NCBI GenBank assembly: GCA_021796225.1
Contig: JAJYOL010000005.1
Coordinates: 597-64,596 of the forward strand
Origin: Candidatus Micrarchaeota archaeon
GTDB lineage: Archaea; Micrarchaeota; Micrarchaeia; Micrarchaeales; CABMGC01
Length of the DNA: 64,000 nucleotides
Direction: 5' to 3'
In this document: piece by piece, positions 28,938 through 39,700 of the stretch
Position numbering within the stretch: the first letter of the stretch is position 1
Layout of the letters: the number at the start of each line of letters is the position of its first letter
Notes under the pieces: generated by a model
Databases searched by the model: none
What the model saw: only the letters and a program-made list of their open reading frames with translations
What the model was told of the DNA's origin: nothing
Translations under genes and position numbers: made by a program

Positions 28938-30035
28938 TTGGGAAGCATGGATTCGAACGATAATAATATTGTAGGATTTACAAAACCTAAAAAGTTCCTT
29001 TTCTTTAAGATTAAATCCAAACCGATATACAAGAAAGCGGACACGACGGAGCAGTCCGTAACACCGCAGGCGCCGCCCCAATCGCAAATGCCGCCTACGA
29101 TAGTTCAACCCCAACCACAAGATATCCCCGCAGAAATACCGCAATCCGCACCGCAGCAGCCGCAACAAAACAATAAGCAGACGATAACGAAATTCCAACT
29201 TTACGTGGCCAAGGTGGTTGCAAAGCAGAAAGGACTGGAAATGATACTGCGTGACCAGGGAATCAAAGGCGGACCGGAAAAGTTCGTAAAGAGAATGTTA
29301 TTCAGCGCGATAATCGTCGCCATAGTAATAGGCATAATAACTATGGTCCTGTTCGACAAGATACTGGCCATGAAGGTTGCGAATCCTGCACCAATAGCCG
29401 TACTGCTCGGTGCCGTAATAGCATTTGGAGGATACAATGCACTCTTTAGGCAGTTTCTGAGATTTCCATTCTCGAAGTCCAAATCCGAAGGGAAGGAGAT
29501 AGAAAAAGGGATTCTCTTCGCTGCCAGGGATATGATAATAAGCCTTAGGTCAGGAGTACCGCTTTTCAACGCCATGACGGCAGTATCTTCGGGTTACGGG
29601 GTGGCGAGCAAGGAATTCGTCAAGATAATAAGCCTGATACAGCTCGGCATGCCCATGGACCAGGCAATGGAGGAGATAAGCAATTCAAGCAGTTCCAAGA
29701 CATTTAAAAGAATAATGCTTCAGGCCAGCGTGAGCATAAAGGAAGGTGCCGATATCGTACAGGCATTGCAGGAAGTGGTTGACCAGGTAATGCAGGAAAG
29801 AGTCATAGAATTGAGAAGATACGGACAGAGGCTCAATGCCCTTTCCATGTTCTACATGCTTTTCGGAATAATATTCCCGAGTATGGGAGTAGCAGTGCTC
29901 ACTATACTTACGACATTCGTAAACGTGTTTACGGTAACGACAAGCTTTCTTATATTCGTGCTCATATTCATAGCAATACTGCAATTCATATTCATCATGG
30001 TAATGAAAAATTCAAGACCAATATTCAGCATGTAG
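28938..30035 (+). CDS. type II secretion F-family pilus platform protein (TadB/TadC-like)
   Basis: Two TMs, SLRSGVPLFNA...GMPMDQAM...GADIVQAL, C-terminal TMs; Pro/Gln-rich N-terminus. Confidence 0.88.
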   Translation: MGSMDSNDNNIVGFTKPKKFLFFKIKSKPIYKKADTTEQSVTPQAPPQSQMPPTIVQPQPQDIPAEIPQSAPQQPQQNNKQTITKFQLYVAKVVAKQKGLEMILRDQGIKGGPEKFVKRMLFSAIIVAIVIGIITMVLFDKILAMKVANPAPIAVLLGAVIAFGGYNALFRQFLRFPFSKSKSEGKEIEKGILFAARDMIISLRSGVPLFNAMTAVSSGYGVASKEFVKIISLIQLGMPMDQAMEEISNSSSSKTFKRIMLQASVSIKEGADIVQALQEVVDQVMQERVIELRRYGQRLNALSMFYMLFGIIFPSMGVAVLTILTTFVNVFTVTTSFLIFVLIFIAILQFIFIMVMKNSRPIFSM

Positions 30036-30044
30036 TGAAGGTTT

Positions 30045-31037
30045 ATGGCAATAACATTCGAGAGGCTCGTATCAAGAAGCGTCGTTACTTACGTCTCCGA
30101 AGAGTTGGACCTTGCAGGCAGCAAGCTTTCGGTAAACAGATTCTTCAAGATAGCCATTTTGGGGTTCTTTGCCATTTTCATTGCGGTTCCGTTCATAATG
30201 GTGTTCTACGCCAAATTCTCTGAGATTCTTTCTGTGTTCTTCGGATTCATCGGAGGGGTATTCTTTGAAATACTGCTTTACATACTTCTCGAATTCCAAA
30301 TCGAAAAGAGAAAGACGTTTGTGGAGAACATACTTCCGGATTATCTACAGCTCGTTGCCGCAAACATAAGAAGCGGCATATCGTTAGATAGGGCCATGCT
30401 GCTTGCGAGCAAACCCGAATTCGGATATTTCAAAACCGACATTGAAATCATGAACAAGCAGCTGTATTCAGGAGAAACGATGCAGAACGCATTGAACAAC
30501 CTGTCAAAGAAATACAGGTCGACGGTATTGCAGCACAGCATAAGGCTTATATTGGAAGCCGTCAGATACGGAGGCGCGCTTACAGATTTGCTCAATCAGA
30601 TAGCGAAGGATACGCGCTCGCAACAGACAATACAGAAAGAAATATCCGGACAGCTTTTCATGTATACGATATTCATAGCATTTGCCGCATTGATGGCCGC
30701 TCCGGCACTTTACGGACTTACCTTCCAAATGATAACTATAACTGACAAGGTATGGGCAGGCATACTTGCCCAAAATCCCGGCGGGCTTCCTACGGCAGGA
30801 TTGTCATTCCTCAAGCCAAGTCCTCCGCAGATAACCCCGGGCATGTATTATGATTTCTCAATAGTTGCAATAATAATAATCACTGGATTCGGTGCATTCA
30901 CCATATCGACGATTTCCAGCGGTGCGCCATTGAAAGGAATACGGTACGCGCCGTTATTCGTCATTGTGGGCATAGTGATATTCTTCATGGTATCCGCAAT
31001 AATAGGAGTACTGTTCTCAAGCATAGGATCTGTCTGA
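30045..31037 (+). CDS. type II secretion F-family pilus platform protein (TadC-like)
   Basis: LPDYLQLVAANIRSGISL...GETMQNAL...YGGALTDLL. Confidence 0.9.
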   Translation: MAITFERLVSRSVVTYVSEELDLAGSKLSVNRFFKIAILGFFAIFIAVPFIMVFYAKFSEILSVFFGFIGGVFFEILLYILLEFQIEKRKTFVENILPDYLQLVAANIRSGISLDRAMLLASKPEFGYFKTDIEIMNKQLYSGETMQNALNNLSKKYRSTVLQHSIRLILEAVRYGGALTDLLNQIAKDTRSQQTIQKEISGQLFMYTIFIAFAALMAAPALYGLTFQMITITDKVWAGILAQNPGGLPTAGLSFLKPSPPQITPGMYYDFSIVAIIIITGFGAFTISTISSGAPLKGIRYAPLFVIVGIVIFFMVSAIIGVLFSSIGSV

Positions 31038-31082
31038 TTATTGCCTGAAGGAGTGTAAGAGACTTGATGTTTGGTGATCACA

Positions 31083-31451
31083 ATGGAAAACGGGGATAAG
31101 CTTGTCGTGGTAACGACAAATTACGTGCCTGGTTACAAGGTGACGAAGGTCATAGGAGTTTCCTATGGTATAGTTGTCAGAAGCAGAGGAATAGGGGGCA
31201 ACATACTCGCAGGGCTTAAATCACTGGTAGGTGGAGAGATTGGCGCTTACACGAAAATGCTTTCAGAAGCACGGCAACACGCGGTACAGCGACTTGAAAA
31301 TGACGCAGAGGGTAGGGGAGCCAATGCAATAATAGGAATGAACTTCGACTCTTCGGAAATAGGACAGATGATGACTGAGATAGTGGCTTACGGAACTGCC
31401 GTGAGAATAGAGAAAGAAGATAAATCGGCCGAGCCTGTATCACTGAGATAG
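31083..31451 (+). CDS. YbjQ/UPF0145 family protein
   Basis: GGEIGAYTKMLSEAR, GANAIIG, AYGTAV. Confidence 0.92.
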   Translation: MENGDKLVVVTTNYVPGYKVTKVIGVSYGIVVRSRGIGGNILAGLKSLVGGEIGAYTKMLSEARQHAVQRLENDAEGRGANAIIGMNFDSSEIGQMMTEIVAYGTAVRIEKEDKSAEPVSLR

Positions 31452-31481
31452 ACAGCGGGTCTAAAGGCAGAAACAACAGAG

Positions 31482-34133
31482 TCATGGAAAACCTATAGAC
31501 TGCTGTTCATTCTGAATTTCAGTGTATAGGGAACTGAGATTAGAAGTCGTACTTCCAGAAAGGAACGGATAGGTCACGTTATAGGCAACACCATTATTAT
31601 TATTTCCGCTATAATCATTGGCGTTGCCATTCAATGGCCACCAGCCAACAAGATTTTGTGACTGTACCGGTTTACCAGCTATCCCTTCTTCAAATAGCTT
31701 ATGTAAAGTTGTTTCCGATAATGAAGCATTATACAATTGCACGTTTGTTATATTCCCAGGAAATATAGATCCATCGCATTGGGAGGTCTGAGTTCCTATA
31801 ACAACTAATGCATTATTTGTGTACTTATTCGCATTCGTAACGTTGGAACTATAATTGTCTAATTGGAAATAGTAATTAGGAGGATTTACACTTACTGCCA
31901 CAAAATGCCAATAGTCAAGGGACATAAGAGGTATGGAAGATTCCCACGTGTCTGCAGATGTGCAACGGTGGAGACCGATTTGATTTGAGATTGTGCTAAC
32001 TCCAGACCTAAAAAATTCCAATGCTTGATAAGAACCAAACCCAAAAAAAGGCATATTTGACGGCGAGTCCTTAGGCACATATACCCACATTGCAGCAGTG
32101 TAAGTAGTATTTGTACCTGCAATTTGTGGGACATTGGCAATTATTCGTGCATTGCTACTATATGATGTGGTTGCAGCGGTTCCGAGAATTTGTGCCACGT
32201 TGGTTCCCTGCCCACCAACTTCAATGGGAAGTGAATCTAATGTCACGTGGGGTAGTAGGGTATTTGCGCAGTACTGGTAGTTGGTACATGACATTATCCC
32301 GGGAATTGAAAATGCCATGGTGTTTGAAGTTTGAGTTCCGAATATGCTGTCTTCGGAATAGTTCCCGGGACGTGAATAGTTGATGTTGTGTGTAATGCTT
32401 GATGAGTTGGTACCTGAATAGTCGTTCGCATTTCCATTGAGAGGCCACCAACCGAAAAGATTTGGCGTATCTATGGGCAAGCCAAATACCCCTCTCTTGT
32501 ATATGGTTTCCACCTGCGTTCCGTTAAGAGACCCGTTATAGAGCTGTACGTTTGCCATGCTGCCGTTAAAAAATCGCGTGGTAAAGCCGCTTTGCATCCC
32601 GAATACCCAGTAATCAGAAGCAGACGTAACGGCATTTGTAGTTGATGGTATGAGTTGCCGTTCTCCGTTAAAATAGATAGTAGCATAAGTCGAATTCAGT
32701 GAATATCCTACAAAACTCCATTGGTGAAGAGGTGCAATAAAGTTGCTGGCCATGTTTGTTGTACGATTCCATAACAACAGGTGACCCGTTGTTGAGAGTG
32801 CGAATTGGTATTGTGCGTTATAATAGCCTCCGCCGTCGAATTCGGTTATGACTTCAAAGTTGCTTGTTCCGTAGTTAATCGGATATATCCACTGTAGTAC
32901 GGTAAGAGGATAGGCGAAATTACCTTTTCCCGTGATGTTGCTGTTGTTTCCATTGAAATTCGCAACTTCATGATTTGTGTTCAAAAAGGTAAACATGCCG
33001 TCGGGGGACGAATTGTACGTAGATCCTGAAGAGTATTGGTTGTATGACGGAGTGAATGGAGATGCAAAATAATACCCATTCATTATTTCGGATTGCAGGT
33101 TTGTTTCATTCATTGCTGCAAGGCGTGGTCCGTATAAAAGAATATTCTGGCCCGTCATAAAATGACTCAGATAACCGGATGTGCTTGCGTACTCGAGAAA
33201 CGGTATGTTTGGGATGTTTATCATGTTATAAGTCATTAAGCCCCCGAATTGTTCCGCTATGTCACATGTGGAATTGGTTATCTTAGTAGCATTCTGCGTA
33301 ATAAGTATTATCGATTTATTTACCGGCGAGGAGTCAAGCTGTGAAGGCACATAGTTGGAAAGAGGCAGTGCACCCGATGAGCATGTAACGCCGGAAGGGA
33401 CGGTAATGACCGTCCCATATATTATACCGGTGGAGTTTCCCGCAGTAGCTGTCCCATACATGGATATCGCAGGCTTCAATGGTTCAAATTGGATTGACTT
33501 CAGTTGTCCTTGTGACGCGTAGAGAATATCCTGCGTGCCGTTAAGAGGTATTGATACGTTTATCGGTAAATGGTAAAAATAGATTTCTCCTGTCGCATTT
33601 ATCTTTACATTGTATGTTACGGAAATGTTTAATGAGGAGTGTGAATCAGAACTTATCTTAAGCCCTGTTTGGTTTATCGTAACTACACGGAAAGTTGAAT
33701 TTGATATTTTTGCAAGGGCATCATCATATGAGGCAAGGGTCATGTTGCCCATTGCGGAAGTGAAAAAAGTATTTTGTGATGGTGTGAGACCTACCCCCGA
33801 TATCGTACCGTTGGCTATCAATCCGCTCATGTACGCACTCAGATTTGATATGAACACGCCTTTGCGCATCGACGGTGACAGTTCGAACGATGAAAGGGTA
33901 GATAGGGACCGTTCGGAGCTCATGAATAGGAACGTTGTTAATTCCGGACTAAGCATGTTTCCGTAATTCAGGCTTGTACTGGAAATTGCGACTTTCTGAC
34001 CGATGTTTTGATAGTTTACTTCTTCGACTACGAATATCATCAGTATAGACAGCATAAGAATAAACAGTATCAGAACTATCAGTGTCATGAACTGCGCTCT
34101 GGAATTGTTTAGTAGCAGTTTTTTCACTTCCAT
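31482..34133 (-). CDS. large pilin-like adhesin with two LamG domains
   Basis: RAQFMTLIVLILF N-terminus; Ser/Thr/Asn-rich; two GWWPLNGNANDYSG modules. Confidence 0.8.
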   Translation of the reverse strand: MEVKKLLLNNSRAQFMTLIVLILFILMLSILMIFVVEEVNYQNIGQKVAISSTSLNYGNMLSPELTTFLFMSSERSLSTLSSFELSPSMRKGVFISNLSAYMSGLIANGTISGVGLTPSQNTFFTSAMGNMTLASYDDALAKISNSTFRVVTINQTGLKISSDSHSSLNISVTYNVKINATGEIYFYHLPINVSIPLNGTQDILYASQGQLKSIQFEPLKPAISMYGTATAGNSTGIIYGTVITVPSGVTCSSGALPLSNYVPSQLDSSPVNKSIILITQNATKITNSTCDIAEQFGGLMTYNMINIPNIPFLEYASTSGYLSHFMTGQNILLYGPRLAAMNETNLQSEIMNGYYFASPFTPSYNQYSSGSTYNSSPDGMFTFLNTNHEVANFNGNNSNITGKGNFAYPLTVLQWIYPINYGTSNFEVITEFDGGGYYNAQYQFALSTTGHLLLWNRTTNMASNFIAPLHQWSFVGYSLNSTYATIYFNGERQLIPSTTNAVTSASDYWVFGMQSGFTTRFFNGSMANVQLYNGSLNGTQVETIYKRGVFGLPIDTPNLFGWWPLNGNANDYSGTNSSSITHNINYSRPGNYSEDSIFGTQTSNTMAFSIPGIMSCTNYQYCANTLLPHVTLDSLPIEVGGQGTNVAQILGTAATTSYSSNARIIANVPQIAGTNTTYTAAMWVYVPKDSPSNMPFFGFGSYQALEFFRSGVSTISNQIGLHRCTSADTWESSIPLMSLDYWHFVAVSVNPPNYYFQLDNYSSNVTNANKYTNNALVVIGTQTSQCDGSIFPGNITNVQLYNASLSETTLHKLFEEGIAGKPVQSQNLVGWWPLNGNANDYSGNNNNGVAYNVTYPFLSGSTTSNLSSLYTEIQNEQQSIGFP

Positions 34134-36253
34134 GAATACAACCCTATTTGATAGGTATTTTCAGCGTCTGAACTCTGATTCAGTGCGGGAACCATGGATG
34201 CAGATTTTGATACCTCGAACGACCCTGTCATACCTGGCGGCGTGTAATTCTCCCGTGAATATGTGACATTGAACGGATACGCTGCATTTGACAGCGGTCC
34301 GAAATCATTGAAACTCCCGTCGAGTGGATACCATGATAGCAGATTTATGTGAGATAGAGGTGCGCCCTGTATGCCACTTTTGTAAAGAGCCTCCGCCTGA
34401 TGTGACGTTAAAAGGTAATTGTATATTTGCAGATTTGCAATTGTGCCATTGTAAGCATAGGTGCTATTGCTGAATGTCAGATTGTTTATCCCTTGTATGC
34501 TCTCTCCAGATATGACGCCCGAATTTATGTTGGTTCCGTTAAGATATACATCATAAACCACGTTGGATCCGAAATTGCTTGCAGTGACGATAACGGACTG
34601 CCATCTGTTCGTCTGTATGGTATTTGAAAGGTCTATTGTATTTGCGGTTCCGGGATTTAATATTAATGAATTATTGGTGGAAAATCCTATGCGCCATGTT
34701 CCTCCAGGATTGCTGTCTATTGGAAACTGTGTTTTTCCCGTACTTCCTTTAGGATACAGCCATACGCTCATTGTAAGACCGCCCTGAGGAATAAAATTGC
34801 CTCCGGTTACCGCATAACTGTTTTTCCCATTGAAATTTGCCAGGCGCATGGAGGGCAATGCATATCCATCATAGAACAGGCTGTAATTGGACATCGGAGC
34901 AACGCTGTTGATAAGATAATCTCCGCAGCTTCCATCTCCGAAAAGGAACAGAGACGTAGCTGAAGAGAGTAACGATTCCGATGGATTCACGTTGCAAGCG
35001 CCGTATGCGAGTATCGTATTACCTGCTGACACGTAAAGCCTTCCGTATGCAAGCGTCATGTTGGGGTATATGTTTGGATACGGAATGCGCGTGTACCATT
35101 GCATTGCCCCGTTTGACATGCTTTGCGCTTCGATATATCCGTTCGACCATAATGTGTATATTTCACTGCCCCCTATGACAGGACTTGATGATGCCATTGC
35201 AGTTCCAAATAATGAAGATGCATTTGAATACCATAATACGCTTTTTATTGATGTCAAAACGGATACCCCTTTAGTGCCTTGATATACAGCATACGGCGAT
35301 GCGTACGCCACACCAGTAATGCCAGATGGAGAAGCGTAACTGTAAAATAACGTATTATTGATGTTGGTTTGGTTTGCAACGATGCCGTCACCGTACAAAA
35401 GCAGCTGCCCCATCGCTGCGATTTTTGATACGGCAGCTGATAATGGAGAAGCCCATATCTCAACCTGTTGTGACAGATGTTCGAGATTGGTAAATAAGTA
35501 GATATTTCTGCCGGAACCCGATACTGCAATCGATCCGTCGGCAATCGCTATTGATGTTGGATATCCGCTGGAAAGCTGCACGGACGACATCACGGTTCCG
35601 TTGTCCGGATTCATCGTGTAAACATAGCCGTTGGCAGCCCCGAGTATGAGTTCCCCGTTGTACAGTTTCAATGCCGCGGAAGGAGATGTCGATGAAAGGG
35701 CATTTGTCGTCCAAATCGTGCTCCCGTTATACGCATTGACAGCAGTGACGTTTGGTGAATCCCATATTATCACCTTGCCGGCATAGATTACGGGAGTGCC
35801 TTCGATATTATACGCTTCGCTCTGCGACCATAGCGACCTTCCGGAAGCGTTCATTGAAAATAATTTTGACCCTGCACCGAAGAATATGTCACCGTAATCC
35901 GCGGATATCCCCGTAGTTACTACAGAATTTACCGGGATTATTTCAGATAGCATGGATTTGTACGGACCATACTGATTATAACCGGAATTCCCCGAATCGG
36001 ATTGGAACTGTGTCCATGTCTCCCCGGAACCGTTGTATTGCGACAGTATGTCGTATGTCGTGCCGATGGTACTCGTATTTGCTAATGAAGACATGTTGGC
36101 CTCTGACAATGCTATCAGAACCTGTCCGGAATTTTCCGAACTTATTATGTAAGGCATTGGCGAATAAGGGTGAAAGAAAAGGAGGATGGACACGCCTATC
36201 GAAGCTATGACTATTGCGAACAGGGCATCAAGCGTAAATGTTATTGCCTTCAT
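34124..36253 (-). CDS. pilin-like protein with PQQ-type beta-propeller and LamG domain
   Basis: MKAITFTLDALFA N-terminus; AVNAYNGSTIW, TMNPDNG, SNGAMQW propeller repeats; C-terminal LamG. Confidence 0.8.
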   Translation of the reverse strand: MKAITFTLDALFAIVIASIGVSILLFFHPYSPMPYIISSENSGQVLIALSEANMSSLANTSTIGTTYDILSQYNGSGETWTQFQSDSGNSGYNQYGPYKSMLSEIIPVNSVVTTGISADYGDIFFGAGSKLFSMNASGRSLWSQSEAYNIEGTPVIYAGKVIIWDSPNVTAVNAYNGSTIWTTNALSSTSPSAALKLYNGELILGAANGYVYTMNPDNGTVMSSVQLSSGYPTSIAIADGSIAVSGSGRNIYLFTNLEHLSQQVEIWASPLSAAVSKIAAMGQLLLYGDGIVANQTNINNTLFYSYASPSGITGVAYASPYAVYQGTKGVSVLTSIKSVLWYSNASSLFGTAMASSSPVIGGSEIYTLWSNGYIEAQSMSNGAMQWYTRIPYPNIYPNMTLAYGRLYVSAGNTILAYGACNVNPSESLLSSATSLFLFGDGSCGDYLINSVAPMSNYSLFYDGYALPSMRLANFNGKNSYAVTGGNFIPQGGLTMSVWLYPKGSTGKTQFPIDSNPGGTWRIGFSTNNSLILNPGTANTIDLSNTIQTNRWQSVIVTASNFGSNVVYDVYLNGTNINSGVISGESIQGINNLTFSNSTYAYNGTIANLQIYNYLLTSHQAEALYKSGIQGAPLSHINLLSWYPLDGSFNDFGPLSNAAYPFNVTYSRENYTPPGMTGSFEVSKSASMVPALNQSSDAENTYQIGLYSWK

Positions 36254-36784
36254 TTATTCAACACCGAACGTCGTATTTGTCCATAAAATTATTTGCATCG
36301 TTGCTGGGGATCCTCCGACTATCACAGGGACAGTTGCCACTTGATCAGACATGGAGTGTCTGCCATTGGGATTAAGCCCCATGCTGAAGTTGAACTGTGA
36401 ATTGGATATTGTTATGTAGTAATCGTAACCGACACCCAATGCTTGTTTAGTGGATTGATAATTATAATTGGACATTGCCATCAGAGAAAATATTTTGGTT
36501 GTTGACATATTTAGGGGATTTCCGGTAGAAAGGCCCACGGTCATGTTGTCCCATGTTGTAATATTTGACGGGTTGATGATGTTGTTCCAATTGCTCGGTG
36601 CGCCTTGACCCAATAATTTTGCCTCGACCCCTTGAAGTTGCCCCATTATGCTCTCCACCCCATACCCGTTCGTTATCGCAAACTGATTGCTTACGTTATA
36701 CCATACGAAGGTCATTATTATTATCGCGGTACCGAATATCACGGAAGCGAAGATAGCATCAAGGGACCAAAATTGCAATTTCAT
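36254..36784 (-). CDS. minor pilin-like protein
   Basis: MKLQFWSLDAIFASVIFG hydrophobic N-terminus; GAPSNW; ATGA overlap with the upstream gene. Confidence 0.75.
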   Translation of the reverse strand: MKLQFWSLDAIFASVIFGTAIIIMTFVWYNVSNQFAITNGYGVESIMGQLQGVEAKLLGQGAPSNWNNIINPSNITTWDNMTVGLSTGNPLNMSTTKIFSLMAMSNYNYQSTKQALGVGYDYYITISNSQFNFSMGLNPNGRHSMSDQVATVPVIVGGSPATMQIILWTNTTFGVE

Positions 36785-39700
36785 GGATACCAACTCATTG
36801 GGATAAATTCGGATTGCGTCGGAGGCATCCCGCTTGAATATAACTCTTGCACCTGGAAATGCGTAAGTGATGTGTTGTATAGCAGCACGTCGGCTATTGA
36901 TCCGCCCCAGTGATAACCGGAAGATTCGCTCCCTATTGTCAGCGGATTTGAGGTGTATGCGAGTGACGTCGAGAAATTTGCTCTTTTTTTCTCTTCGCTG
37001 CCGTCATAGTATAGAACGGCCGTAGTGCCGTTATAGGTTGCTGTGACCATGTTCCATTGCGTGTCGACTTCGGCATTGGCCCAGGACAACGCCAATGCGT
37101 CATTTATGTAGAGATTTATAGTTGTATCAGAACTGCCGTTTACCCTGTGCATGAGTATGGTATATTCACCGCTGTTGAATACGCCTTTTGCGATTACCGC
37201 AGCGTAGTCTTCCCCTGTTGAAGAGGGGTATCTGATGCCATCCCATTTTATCCATGCGCTTACGGTAAACGCATTAGGAGCAAAAGAAGTTGATGTCGGA
37301 ATGGAAACGTTGCTGTTTGCACCATTAAAATTCAATCCGAACGAACCGTAAGAGTTGGACAGAACCTTGGGAGTAACATTGTAGTCTATGTAGCTCAGAG
37401 AAGTTGCCGTGCCGTTATCTGAATATGCACTATAGTCATTCGTATTTCCATTCAATGGCCACCATCCGATCAGGCTTGCCTGTGACTGCGGGAATGAAGA
37501 CGGACCTGAAAGGTACTCTGAGATTATACTCTTCGAATTTATGCCGCTTGAATATACCTGTACGTTACTCAGTGTTCCGAGGAAATTTCCGGCAATTGCA
37601 GCAGTTGACGTAGAATTGTAATTTATGGCGTTGTCAGAACAGGAATGGCTGGCTTCCAATTGTCCATCAACATAAACGGAAATTGACGAGCCGTTGTATA
37701 TCCCGGCAACCATGTGATTAAGACCGTCGAAAAGATATTGTGCGCCTTGTGCGGAGCAGCTCCCCCAAGTATTTGTAGACTCCTTTACCGTGAAATTCAA
37801 ATAACCGTTGTGAAGTCCGAACAAATACCCATAATTCTGACCAGAAGGCGTTTCTGCAAAGTATTCAGGGCTTGCTGAAGATTGAGTAACACTCGCATTT
37901 TCCCATAATGTAACCGCCACAAAACCAGAAGGCTGCAAAGCGGAGTTGTTTGCCACGGTTATTTTTGACACGCCATTCATTTGCGGAGTCAACAGAGACA
38001 TGCTTCCATAAACAGGTTGTTTTGGATTGAAAGGTGAAGAGCTTACATAGAAACCCGTACCGTTATTCCTATACGACGAGTAGTCTATCGCGTCACCATT
38101 CAATGGATACCATGCAGCTATGTCAGTAGTGACTAAAGGAGAGGCTCCTATACCTGCTTTGTATAATGACATTATTTGCGTTGAAGATAGTGAAGCGTTG
38201 TATAACTGCACATTTGATATGCTGCCGTTGAAATAAGAGCTTATTGCCGAGCATCCGCCTCTTGCGCCTATCTTCATGCAGCCGGCATTATGCGCCATCG
38301 TATTGCTATTCGCCGGGACGATGTTGTTTTCGAGTACTCCGTTTATGTATTGCTTCTCGTGAGTCCCGTTCCACGTAACCGCAACGAATGTCCATGTATG
38401 AAGCGGTATTGCCATCGGTGAATTGTACCATGCCCAATTAGGAGATATTGCAGATGAAAGATAACCGGTTGAGCAGGTGGTCCCCATTTCGTAAGAATTT
38501 TCCTTGTTTAGTATTATCCCTCTATCTGAAGGGCAGAGATACGAGTTCAGGTATATCCATGCCGACATGGTTATATAGCTCACGTTCTGCGCGTTTGAGC
38601 TGGGAATACTTACGTAGCTGCTGTAGCCGTTGAACTGTGTCGTAAATGAAGGATTGTCCCATGATGCATTGTGTATCGTTCCGGTATTGTTATTTCCGCT
38701 GATATCATATGCTTTCGAGCCGAAATTCGCATCTAAAGGTACCCAGAGTTTGAGATATTTTTGATTGGAGAGATTGCCGTTGAATGCCGTCGCGGTAACG
38801 CTTGCGTATCCGTCCGTTTTACCCTGGGTGAGAAATGCCCGTGCTATTCCGCTTGAATTGGTTTTACTGGAATAGTAAGGACCCTTGCTTGAAAAATTCC
38901 CCAACGAGGAAGTGAAGCCCACCAACGCACCACTTAACGGAGTCCCGTCCCGTGTTTTTACGAGTGCAGAAACCTGTGCAACGGAACCGAATGGTACGTA
39001 TCCGATTACAGATCCTTCTGATGATACACCAGTATAATCGTTAGCATTTCCGTTGAGCGGATACCAGCCTATGATTGAATTTGAAACAGGCGCACCGCCT
39101 ATGCCGTTGTTATACAGAGTCGCTGCTTGTTTTGAAGTCAGTGAAGAATTGTAGACCTGTACGTTTGCTATGCTGCCGTTGAACACGCGCGTGTTATTGT
39201 TTTCGTCTATACCTATCTGCAGTGCATGAGGCAATGACAGGGTAACCGGAGACCTCAACACGTTTGCATCTACAAGAACCCCATTCACATACGCATTTGA
39301 AAGATAGCTGCTTCCCGAACCGTTATATGTAACCACTATGTTTGTCCATTTTTGATTCGGTATCCCGAATTCCATATCTCCTGTGGTGCCTGCGACGCTC
39401 GGATCCACCCAGAAGTCTGCAATCGTCTGGCTCGCGGACAACCCCCAGCCGTATGCACCGTTGTTTGAAGAGATTATGCCACAGTACACGCTGCTTTGAC
39501 ATGGGCCTGCCGTGTACACCCAGACGGATACCGAAAAGTTCTCGTGAAGCGTATTTGACGGGTACGTGAGAGTGGTGTTAATATTGCCGAGATTGCCGTT
39601 GAAGGCAGGCGCAAGATACGTCTTCGATGAGACACTTATGCTTCCCGACGCATTGTCGAGATTCGGACATGCGTAGTCTATGCAAATGTTTCCGTTCGAA

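Noticed and set aside
28480-29180. CCGCA-rich quasi-repeats
   Set aside because: Explained by Pro/Gln low-complexity linkers in the encoded proteins
28329-29198. 289-aa antisense ORF and other long antisense ORFs (e.g. 7927-8673, 6724-7404, 61358-61990)
   Set aside because: They overlap well-supported genes on the opposite strand and have no motifs
26517-31037. Archaellum operon
   Set aside because: No archaellin, ArlH or ArlF/G; two TadB/C-like genes fit a pilus system
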